DNA of 64,000 bases, from positions 1,820,422-1,884,421 of the forward strand of contig CAJFCJ010000002.1 in assembly GCA_904063045.1 (NCBI GenBank), in the 5' to 3' direction. Every line of letters starts with the position of its first letter. The first letter of the stretch is position 1. Below, piece by piece: positions 16,097 to 27,559 of the stretch. This DNA comes from Dimorphilus gyrociliatus (lineage: Eukaryota > Animalia > Annelida). Made by a program: the position numbers and the translations under genes. Under the pieces are notes generated by a model that was not told where the DNA came from, did not search any database, and saw only the letters and a list, made by a program, of their open reading frames with translations.

Positions 16097-16599
16097 CCTC
16101 AAATATCTTTATATAATATATTAAAAAGCCTAGCTTATTCATACTCAAAGATTATTAATCTGCACTCTTTCTACTGTTTCTTTATACTAATATCTTTAAT
16201 TTGTTTTTTCATTCCAAACTCTTTATACAACGAATGTGTTACTCATGACAAGTATTTTTTTTTGACCATATTGTATTTATGTTAAGCTTGCGCTTATTAT
16301 TAGAATTTTCTAAAGTCAAGAGAATATGTAATCTCAGTTTTACTCCATTGTTTGTTTATTTGTTTGTTTTTTTTTGTTAATCTTACGCAACTCGTGGGCA
16401 AACTTTTTATTTTAAATTATAATTTTCAATTGAAAATCTTGTGAAATTGTTAATGAAAGTTGCAAAAAAAAACATTTATACTTCTTTCCTTATTTTTGTA
16501 TTAAATTAATGAATTGCATAAAGAATATAAAATAAATAAATAAATTTTATTATATCATCAGGCTAATTTAAATATTAAAATCAATATTTAACAATAAAT

Positions 16600-17600
16600 A
16601 TGAATGTTTTAATGATAATATTATATTTTTTAACCTTAAGAACAGAAGATGGCGCTTCAGGTCTGTTTGGGAGTGGAAATATCAAGGAATATATACTTAG
16701 TAGAAAAAAGAGGAGAACTGGTAGACTAGTAAATAAATTGATTAGCAGCGAAGCTCCAGTATTTCAAAAAGTCACGTCAGCTTCTCAAATGGTTGAAATG
16801 GCATTAAACGTAGTTAATATTATTGTTGATATGAATAACAGAAGATTCATGGTAATGATAGAAAGAGCAGAATTGGATTTGAATAATGTATAAGTAACAA
16901 TATTTAAATTTAATTATTTATTCTACTATATCAATTTCATTAGGAAATTCAAGCTCTAGGAACTCAACTTTCAAATGAAATATCAACTTTATCAATTGAA
17001 TACGAGATGCTATTAGAAAGAAAAAATCAACTAGGTACCAAAATATTTGAAGAAAAGAAAGAGAAATTATTGAAAAAGATGCTCTATGAAAATATTTATA
17101 AAGGAAAAATGTATAAAGATAATAAAGATGATAGAAAAACTGAAGAAATAGGCTTAAAGCCATTAAAAGAATCAATAGACAATGAAAAAGTTATACACAG
17201 CACAAAAGAACTGGAAGATAGATTAATGTTAAGAAAAAATTTCTTGTTAACTCAATTACAATACGATCGCCTGCTTGAAGAAGATGTTGAAGAGAAGAAA
17301 AGGGATAAAAAAAATGAAGAGATTAGATTGAAATTATTAGGAGTAAATAATATTAGTTCAGAAATGGATTTAGACAAAGTGCTATATAAAAAAGATATTA
17401 TTAAAGACAGCACTCGAATAAAAAGCATATTATCATCATTTTCAAAAAAGAATACAATAGTTGTTTATCTTTGCATAGGACTAGCTTTATTATTAGTTAC
17501 TAGCAGTTTATTTGCATTTATACTGAATAACAGAAAAGATATTATTAATAAAAATTTATCAAGATCGATTTCAAATGATGAAAGTGAATTTACAGTTTGA
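16600..17600 (+). CDS. Orphan single-pass membrane protein (putative signal peptide, coiled-coil, C-terminal TM), 314 aa
   Basis: ORFs 16600.. and 17007.. join via a phase-0 56-nt intron (16888-16943). Hydrophobic N-terminus, K/E-rich heptads and TM segment IVVYLCIGLALLLVTSSLFAFIL. No family recognised. Confidence 0.6.
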
Positions 17601-17745
17601 AATGAGTCTTTACCAATAAAAATTATGATTATTTAACTTGATATAAAGTTAAAATAGATGTATATTTAATGAATAACTGGTTTTTTATTATTTAAACAAT
17701 ATTTTAATCAGTAAAATAACCAGTTTTGTACTGTAGGAAGAGATA

Positions 17746-19216
17746 TTACGTTTTTTTATGTTGTTTAAATGAATTATTCAATGTTTTACAAAGCGATTTT
17801 GTTGCTTCACATAGAATTTCAGTTGAATAATGACTATATGATACTCTTAAATAATTTTTAAAATTTCCCGATGCTGAAAATACTGATCCAGGTAGTACGT
17901 TGACTTTATGATTCTCTCTACATTTCTTTGCTATTTCAAATCCATCAAAATCATCTGGCATTCTTATCCAGAAGAAATAACCTCCTTTTGGTTTATGAAT
18001 TTTTACGAAGGGAGCCTCTTTAATAAATATTGAATACATTTGATTTAAACTTTGCGAATATTGTTTCTTTAATTTATTTATATGTTCCGATACAAGACCC
18101 ATTTTTATTGCCATTGCTATTACGCAAGACATATAATGATTAGACGATCCAGATGACGATATAGTTCCACTATTGTAGAATTTTTTAAGTAGATTTTCTG
18201 AAGTTTCAATCCATCCTAATCTTAGACCGGGACAAAGAATTTTTGTAAAAGTACCATTAGAAATAACGTTGTTTCCATCTTTATCATAAGTAAATAGGCG
18301 AGAGGGAGGTTTTTTTGCGGTATGATCATAGTGGAGTAAATTGTATACATCGTCAGAAAAGAGTAAAAGATTTTCTCTTTTTGCTAATTCAACCATAGAT
18401 TTACATCTGAAAGAAATAGTGAAAGCATAATTATATATATTTCCGATTCGGTGAACATTCTTTATTAAAATTCAATGAATAATTGTTGTATTAAGATAAT
18501 AGGTTTCAATGACCTCTTTAATGCTCTATAAGCTTTATAGTTGTTTGAACATCGTAGATAAAAAAAATAAAGGTTTTGTGAATTGTTTGAAGTTTGATCT
18601 ATTAATTGAACAATTTAGGTTTTAAAAATGACTATTACCTGGTTTCTGACATGGTACGACTTGTAGGATTATGAAAAGTTGGTATTAAATAAACCATTCC
18701 TTTAAAATCCGACTTTCCCGAGCATTTTATATATTTTCCCATATCTTCTAACTTTTCTTGCAGATCTTTTATAATCATACCTTCATCGTCACAGTTCACT
18801 GGTACTACTTTCATTCCAATATCTTCTCGTAAGATTTTCATCGCCAAGAAATGAGTAGGATCTTCTACGAATACAACATTATTCGAATCAAAAAATAGAG
18901 AAGCTGTTAATTGTAGTCCATGCGTCGCTCCAGATGTAGGAAGTATATGGTTATTATCTACTTTTTCACCATATAGTTTAGATAGAAAATCGGCCAAACT
19001 CTTATGAAATATTGGTGATCCTAGCCTCGGTCCGTATTGAAGAGAACTATTATCCCCTCCAAGACCATATTCGCTTATTAATAATTTTTCAGTAGCTTCC
19101 ATTACTATTTTGCTTACGCTATTTAAAATTTCTATACTTGGTGCACCAGGAATTAAATCAGTTATTCCTGGTGTTGGTGTACCGAATAAAGTAGTGTCCT
19201 TTCTCGAATTAAGCAT
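17746..19216 (-). CDS. PLP-dependent class I/II aminotransferase (yeast YER152C / 2-aminoadipate transaminase-like)
   Basis: LQYGP..G; TSGATHGL; VFVEDPT.F; YLIPTFHNPT; LFSDDVY; SNGTFTKILCPGLRLGW (PLP lysine); GGYF.W; LPG..FS; LR.S.S. One intron at approx. 18639-18408. Confidence 0.88.
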
Positions 19217-19950
19217 TCTTTCCTGTCGAAGATTAGAAGAAGATGGATTAAATGCAATGAAAATCCTGCTTTATATTCATCACTTTAGTTGATTAAATCA
19301 GCTTATATCAATATTCATTAGTTTATTATTAGAAAGGTTTAGGTGAAGTTTTAGGCTGTTTATCTATTATGTGTAGTTTTCACGTAAGAGATTAACCAAT
19401 TAGGATTAAGTATTAAATCAAAAATAAAATTGATAAGATACCTAAGCCATTATTTTATATTTTGCATATATGATAACTCTAATGAACTCAGGATTTTGAA
19501 TTGGCGATTGCAATTGTTTTAATCTTTCCTAATCTTCTGTTTAGCATATGGACTGTCTCACTAACTAAAAAATAAAAGAAATCTCTATTTAAAGCATGTA
19601 CAAGTAATTAAATTCAAACTTTTGCGATTGTTTACTTTATTTAAATACTGTACGTTATCATCTTCTATTTGTATTATTGTATGATATCAACTGATATGGT
19701 TGACGCAGCACGTGTCAACTAATTAGCTAAAGATGACAAAAAAATAGCAATGATAGAGAACTTGATCTTCCATAATCAATGTTAAATAATCTTTTTAACC
19801 TTATATTTTCTATGATTTATAACTTTTATTTCCTTTACACTATTTGTTGATATTTTATTATTTATAAAGTAAATAGAAAGTAAAATATTTTAGCCATTGA
19901 AGAATAGCTGTTGTAATTGTATTGTTAATACGCATAAGAAAGGTATATAC

Positions 19951-19971
19951 TATATATATATATATATATAT
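19951..19971. repeat. (TA)n microsatellite
   Basis: About 10 perfect TA units, intergenic. Confidence 0.9.
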
Positions 19972-20235
19972 GTTGTATAATCAATTCTTTCGTAGAACTT
20001 TAATGTAAGTATTCAAGTTCAATATCGATTGAACAAACTTTTTAGCTGTAAAAATTTCCTAAATTATACAAAAGGTTAACAAAAAAATCAATGGTAGGTT
20101 ATCGTTTATTATATAATGGGTGGAGGGTAGTTTGAACCGCTTACAAAGAGGTCTGCTTGTAATAGAGGAACTATTTTGACCTTTAATAATTACGTAATAT
20201 TACATAATAGTGAGAAAGAATAAAAGAGGGGGGAT

Positions 20236-20252
20236 AGAGAGAGAGAGAGAGA
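20236..20252. repeat. (GA)n microsatellite
   Basis: AGAGAGAGAGAGAGAGA. Confidence 0.85.
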
Positions 20253-20876
20253 CATAGGGAGGTTTTTTTTTTTATCTCATTTTCGATGCTTTGTTAAGTA
20301 GGGTGAAAATTGGTATTGAAATTACAGACTTCACACGTCAATGCTAATCAATTAAAGTAAAATGCCATTTATTGACTTAAGGTTTTATCTTTTCAAGTAA
20401 ATTAGTGCTTATTCTTATTAGTGTGAAAACTTTGATATATTTGATTAATTGAAATCCATAGATGGCGACACAAGAACCTCAATGCTATTAAAAGTTCAAT
20501 GCAACTATTGTTCAATCTTGTTTGATATCTCATAAAACAAAAAAAATAGATAAAAGAACGTAAGTATATTTTGGAACATGGAAATATTCTATCAATACTA
20601 GATAATTGGTCTCTTTGTCTTTATATATGGCGGGATGTTTATTACGTAATACATGTGTAAATTGTGAAACATTTGTATGGTGTATAATGATAATTAGATT
20701 GTTTGATTTTCCGTTTATTCATAGTTGTGCGTATTAGTTGTTGAAAATTATGTTATTAAGGCTTCTATAGAAAAACATCAATATTTCCGAGATAGAAAGC
20801 TAATGATTCAGAGTACTGTGAGTCATACAGCCGCGTATTCAATCCAGTGTTTAGGCACACCTGTAAAGCTTCACAC

Positions 20877-20887
20877 TGCGCATGCGC
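20877..20887. promoter_or_regulatory. NRF1/Ewg-type palindrome TGCGCATGCGC in the putative Lgl promoter
   Basis: Exact consensus just upstream of a probable non-coding first exon ending at 21027 (GAG|GTAAGA), whose intron ends at 21265 ahead of the Lgl ATG. Confidence 0.55.
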
Positions 20888-21293
20888 TACGTTTACCTGC
20901 CGGTGATAAAAGAGTTGTTGATTTTGTATATTTACAGTTTTAGCTGTTCTAGTAACGAGCTTTTATCTGTGTGGAGTTTAAAAATTAAAGTGAATTTCTT
21001 CTGAGCATTCGGACTTTGCATTTTGAGGTAAGAATTAAGTTAGCTTTATAAAATCGAAATTATTTTGCTCATGCGTGCGCATTGATGCAAAAGGCTATGT
21101 TATTCATACCTGTGTGTAGAGTAACGGTGCGCGTACCTGTCTATTGATCATCTTTTTTCCCGTTATCAATATCATTAAGACTTTGCACTCTGACATTTGC
21201 AAAAGCCTAATGTTTGACTTGTCGTTTCTTGTCTGATTGGCTCACCTGCAATTATTTACTTTCAGGTGTTTTTCAAATTAAAAGATTGGAAGA

Positions 21294-24200
21294 ATGTTTA
21301 AACTAAAGAAGCGTTTTGGACGTAAATCTGACCACAAGGAGAGTGAGGCTAGACAAAACTTGCAGAAAGAGCTGTTTGAATATGTTCAAGTTTGTATTCG
21401 ATTTTCTTGATCGATAAAACAAATCCATAAACATTATGTCTTTTCAGTGCTTGTTTCATGGCTTCCCATCAAAGCCGAGTGCTCTTGCATACGATCCTAA
21501 TTTAAAACTTTTAGCTATTGGAACAAGGAGTGGACATCCGATAAGAATGTATCTTTTTTTATTCGTTTGAGTTTTATTAGATAAACGATCAGGTTTATGT
21601 CTGGGAGAGGTCAGTTATCCGCTGATGATTAGGCCGTCATCATATCAAAGCTTATAAACTAGACCTTGTATTTTTATTCTTTTTATGATAGTTATTAGTG
21701 GTTTTTTCGATGGGCTATATTATAAAAGACTTTAGGTCAACAAAACTCTGACCACAAGTAATTTGACACTAAGCTTTCGATACAGTAACTTTCAATTACA
21801 AAATGTAATTCAAATGACCTTTTTTTGCTTACATTTATCATTTGTTTTTCTCACATTGATAAGTAGTAGATATGTTAACTGAAATTGCGCAATATAAGAA
21901 TTCATAATTAGAACAAATAACTTTCTATTGTTTCAAATCTTTCTGTTCGAGCTGCTTGCTAGTATTAGTACTATTATTATACCTGTAAAGCGAAATTCCT
22001 TAATTCATTTACTTAAGTTATGGAAATACCGGAGTCGAATTTACATCAGAGTATATCGAAGATTTTAACGTTGTTGATGTCATGTTTTTGGAAGATGAGG
22101 TAAAGGATCTATTCCTTGTTTTTTTAAAAAAAATTTTTAAACATCTGTAAATTTAAAATTGACAAATGAATTATATCCATATGGCTCTCCAGGCCCGCCT
22201 GCTTGTTCGAACCGAAGATAACAAGTTGCACATGATGGAAATAAATTTAGAATTATCAACTGTTGATTTAAAACAAAGTTTTGAATCTGATGATGAGTTA
22301 GTATACTGTAGTAAAACACTTTCATACCTAAATGATATGTTTTTTGTAGGTTGGATAAACTATTTACTTGCATGGAAGTTCCTAAAAGTAAAAACGAAAT
22401 CTTTTTAGGATCTAGTGCAGGAAACGTCTATGTTTTGAACAGAATAAACTTTGAAGTTAAATACATAATAGAACAAACAAATATTACAAAAAAGTAAATG
22501 CAATAGAAGCTTGGTTTAACAAATATTAATAGTCTTTATTTACTTTACTTGAATTTAGCAAATCTGAAGAATTTAAAGTTGCCCCTGGTTATATAGAATC
22601 CTTAAAAATACAACCAGGAAATGACAAAAATGTAAGTGGACAACTTTATTTGATTAATAATATTTATAAAACTTATAAATATAAAAATATATAGCTTTTA
22701 ATTGGATATGAGAGAGGTTTGGTTGTGCTCTACGATCTTGAGAATTCAACACCAATTATTACTTATAATGCTGAAAAGGTGCGTTGAAAAGATTAGTTTG
22801 GTGGACGTGTGTTTTATTAAAAGATTTTTATTCTTAGGAATTGGGTTGTATGCAATGGCTACCAAAAGGGGAAAATTTTATAACCGGTCATTCAGATGGA
22901 TCCTATTCAACATGGACTATAGAGAATAATACACCCCTAAAAGATAAGGAAGGCGTTTTCGGTAAGTTTATAAAAACACTGACAATCCAACAACTATCTC
23001 ATTAATATGTTTTTAAAATAGGACCATTCCCGTGTAAAGGAATTTTGAACATAATAAGAACTGAAGGATCCGAGTAATAAACATTAAATATTACCTTTCG
23101 GTTTTAAGTAAACATTTAAACGATTTATTGTAGCAAAGACTGCCTATTGATATTTAATGGTGGATTACCTAGAGCAAGTTATGGTGACAGAAATGCTGTA
23201 ACCATCCAGAGAGGAGTAGAAACAATTACATTGGATCTAACCTCAAAAGTGATTGATTTTGAATTGATTTACAATACAGGTAGTAATTCTGAGAAAATTT
23301 TAAATTTCCTGGTAATCAATATACTTGTTTTCAGAAGGAGAGCCAGATACATTAATTATTCTAGCTGAAGAAGAGTTGGTTGCTGTCGATTTACTAAGTG
23401 AAAACTGGCCCGAGTTTCGATTGCCGTATTTGAACTCAATGCATTGTTCTGCGATTACTTCAATAACACATACTGATTACGTGCCTCATGATTTTATGGA
23501 AAAAATTGCCCAACTGGGGGAAACTTGCTTTACTGGATATAGTCAAAGGGTTTGTGTTTTTATAACAAAAGTTTTTTATTCGAACAACTGATTATTGTAC
23601 AGACCTGGCCCGTTACTGGTGGCGTAAGCCAAACTAATGATTTAAGCGACAAGAGTCTTCTCTTGACTGGTCACGAAGACGGCTCAGTTCGATTTTGGGA
23701 TACTTCCTCTTCAACTCTAAAGTTGCTTTACAAGTAAGGCTATTTACTTATTTAAATACATTGGAATATTATTAAATTCGTTCTTGTTAAGATTATCAAC
23801 TCATCAACTTTTCGACATTAACTTCGGAGTAGTTCATGATAACAATCAGATAGAGGAGGAATGGCCGAAATTCCGTAAAACTGGACTATTTGACCCCTAT
23901 TCTGACGATCCAAGATTAAGTATTCAAAAGTTAGCCTTGGATGTACATGAGGAAATGCTTTCGCTTGGTTTAACTGCTGGCCAAATATTTGTCCTAAAAC
24001 TTAATTCAGAAGAAATTTCACAAACTGTAATATTTTCTATGTTTTCTATGAAATATTCTAAAGACATTTTTAACTAATTGAAGGTCACAATTAATGAAAT
24101 ACATATCGTTTCGGAAGGAGATACATTCGTATGGAAAGGACATGAAGCTCTCACAATGAAAAGAGATCTCGTCGAAGGACCAGGTTTTCAAGTCAAAAGT

Positions 24201-26664
24201 GTTGTACAAATATTTCCGCCAGCAGCTTGTACATCCCTTGCTCTTCAAGCTGACTGGGGAATGTGAGTAAAAAAATTTTTAACAAAGCTGTTGTTAATTT
24301 TTTTTTTATTTTTTCAAAAAGTGTTGGAGCTGGAACAGCTCATGGTTTTTGCGCATTTGATTACATCAACAAAAAAGTTTTAGCTTCAAAGACAACATTA
24401 AGTCCAGCTGGTAATATTCTTTTTATAATCCAAATTCCCTTCTAACTCTTATTGTATGTATGTAGACTTAGAAATGAGCAGTGAAGGTGTCACAAGCAGA
24501 AGGAAATCTTTTAAGAAATCATTAAGAGAAAGTTTCAGGCGTTTAAGACGTAGAAGATCGGAAAAGAAAAGTAAGAAAAAAGCCCATGACGAAAGAAGAG
24601 ACCCCCAGTAAGAGAATAAAAAAACAATTTAATATATAAATAACTTTATCTACATCTAGATCAACTGGAAGTGGAGAAAACAATCCATCAGATTCACCAG
24701 AGCGTGTTAAGAGTATTGAACGGTCTGTTGAAGCTAGAAAGGATGAAGATACTTTGAATTCCATGGTTCGCAGTATCTATTTTGCAAGAACTTTCTTAAT
24801 ACACTGTATGTTTTGAACAGCCAAATATAAATATTTGTTTTATATGTGATCTTTCCGATTTATAGCCAGTGAACATGCTCCAACAATGTGGGTTGGAACA
24901 AATGGAGGAACAATATATGCTTATAGAATCACTATGCCAGAAAAAGAGAAAAGAGAAGAACAAGATCTTGACATGACATTAGGTTTGTAAGAGAAATATA
25001 ATTTTTTAAAATTTTTTAACAAAATTATTTTTCAGTCAAAGAAATACAACTACAGCATAAAGCTCCCGTCTTGGCTCTCATAGTAATTGACAAAACCGCT
25101 TCACCATTACCCTGTGAAGGTGAAGTTAAGCGTGGTATATACAAAGAGCCTGATATGACTGGTGACCACTCGTTAGTTGTAGCAAGTGAAGAACAATTTA
25201 AAATATTTACATTACCACATCTCAAAGGACACAAAAAGTTCAAACTGACAGCCAATGAAGGTTCTAAAATCAGAAAAGTTGGATTTGTTGACTTTAAGAG
25301 CCGCAGTGGTAATTTCGAATACAATTTCTATGGATATTCCTATTGTCTTAATTTATAATTTGCAGATGAACATTACAAGGAAACTGAGCTGGTCTGTCTC
25401 ACAAACCAAGGTGACGTTCAAGTATTTACAATTCCTCACTTGAAAAGACAGCTAAAAGCTGATGCGGTCAAAAAAGAAAATGTTGCGTTAGTAATCCCCG
25501 AATAAGGTTTAGCCTGTAATAAATATTCCTTTGTTATTTTTTTTAGCGGAATTGCTTCATGCACATTCTCTGCTATTGGACACGGGTTTTTCTTGAACTC
25601 TCCATCAGAATTCCTAAGATTTTCTCTATCAGCTAGATACCCTCACAAGTCAATGTCAACACTACAATTACAAGATGGTATCAGACCGCAAATTGATAGC
25701 TCTACTCCAATGACTAATGGGTAATTATTCTTTTTTATTGAAAAAGTCAGTCTAGCGCGAGATAAATTCAAACCGAGTAAAAAATGCTTATCATAGTAAA
25801 ATTAAATGCAAATTTAATCTATTTTTTAATGTAAATAAGAGTTGTTTAACGGTTAGACCTTTGATTTGATAAATAAGCTGTACAAATAAATATTTTGTTG
25901 ATAAAGAGATAAGCATTTCAGAGATTTAAGAGCAAGCGTAAAATATTTAAACGAAACAGTGGCTTGTTGGGAGTATAGTTCGTTTTAACATCTTTCGTAT
26001 CAACTTTTTTAAATTAGACATGAAGAATCTAATCAAAACGGTGTTGAGCATGAAGAAGAGTCACCTGTAAAACCTGAAAAGCCTGAAACACCTGAGTCAC
26101 CGGAAAAAGAAAAACAGGTGGAGGATATTGACAAACTGAAACTTGATGTTCAAAGCATTGAAAAGAATGACAGCGTATTGTCGGGTAGTACAGTTAATGA
26201 CTCTGCAATCAGTACTGGAATGGAAGACATAACTATTGATAGCGTTAAAGTACATGTGAGGTAAAGGATTAGACAGCGAGTGTTTTCAAAATGGAATGTT
26301 TTAGCTTCGAATTAAAGGCCTTTTTTGCAATTCCCCTTAATGCTTGTCTTAGATATTTTATCCTTTTTAAGTGTTGTGACAGTTTGTTCTAAACTCCTGT
26401 GTTTTGGCAACGACAGATATTTGGAGTCTACTCACTTAGTATAGTCTTAGAGGCAGTTTTGTTTATTATTGTTTTTTTTCTTAGTGGTTTTTTTTCAACA
26501 ATTCTTTACTTCTGCTAAAATTAATTTCCTTGAAAAACATTTTTTATTATATGAAACTAAAAAACAATTTTTTTTTTAGTGAGGAAATTGTTAAGGAACA
26601 AAATACTTTCAAAAAGGAAACAACAACCGTCATTTCAGAGTCTGTTAAGGAAGCAACTGTTTAA
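21294..26664 (+). CDS. LLGL: Lethal(2) giant larvae (Lgl) WD40 polarity protein, about 25 exons
   Basis: N-terminus ..[30 protein letters not shown]; [14 protein letters not shown]; [16 protein letters not shown]; aPKC phospho-cluster [22 protein letters not shown] (about 24495-24560) typical of Lgl rather than tomosyn; no C-terminal R-SNARE seen. Confidence 0.93.
21549..22017 (+). other. Putative U12-type (minor spliceosome) GT-AG intron in Lgl
   Basis: 5' site GTATCTTT. Branch sequence TTCCTTAAT at 21996-22004, branch A about 14 nt from the AG. No polypyrimidine tract. The splice restores the frame (..PIRI|YGNTGVEF). Confidence 0.75.
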
Positions 26665-27559
26665 AACAGGTTTTTAAGAAAATAATGAGCTTTTATTATA
26701 TCATTGTATTTTGGTATTTTTTTGCTTTTCAGAGTATTTCAAGGCCGCAACAAAAAAAGTGCCTTAGAAAAATGTTATAAACTTAAAGTTTCTTCCGGTT
26801 ACAAAATATTTTAGTACCAGGTTAAGGTATTTCATTGGGATGTATGACATTATTTAAAGTTGTTTGTTTTGAAAATTCTGGAAGCTATCCATGATATCAT
26901 ATCTATTTCTGTAAAATGCTTGAAATTTATATTACATTTATGTTCCTTTTTTAATTCACCAAATATTTGTTCTCGTATGTGTATTGATATCTAGATTTAT
27001 TTTTCCTCTATGAAAATGGAAAAAACATCTTTACGGATTTATGGACTTTACATTTGAAGACTATAAGTTTTCATGTTAACACCAAATACTCGTTTCGTTT
27101 GTCGCAACACCTTTGTAATTGATGCACCGATGAAAATTTATATTATCTGGAAAATGTAAAACGAGTAGAGGATGAGTAACTCTTTATGTCGATTATTTGT
27201 GTTTATTATTCACTGGTCTGTAGGTCTTAACAAATAGAATACACTTTTTGTTTTAGATTATGTCGCTTTGAGGTTGATATCAATTAATCTATTCTAGGCC
27301 AAATTTGTACTCAGTTTTGAATTGAGTCATATCTCGTATTAGCTAGAGATTACAAGTGAATTTACCTAGAAGTTAATATTAAGTGGTTAAAGTACAATAT
27401 ACGCTCTTGCACGTATCGAATTAAGATTTAAGATTTTTCGGACTACTTTGTTTTTTATAACTGAGTAAAGCGGTCCTCATTCATTACGGTGATATATTAC
27501 TACGCGCGAACGAAAAGTGAAGGCTGTGAGAGCAAGGATTTATTCATGTTTCTCTACAA

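Noticed and set aside
20725-20943. 72-aa ORF upstream of Lgl
   Set aside because: Non-ATG start; overlaps the NRF1-containing promoter and non-coding first exon; no protein-like features.
21620-21755. Possible C/D-box snoRNA (TGATGA at about 21625, CTGA at about 21748) in the U12 intron
   Set aside because: No terminal stem, no recognisable C'/D' boxes or rRNA antisense element; the C box is tied up in a local hairpin.
21327-21758. 12-nt repeat TCTGACCACAAG in Lgl exon 1 (21327-21338) and intron 2 (21747-21758), containing a Runx-like ACCACA
   Set aside because: One copy is coding, and a single 12-mer pair is within chance expectation for a 64-kb window.
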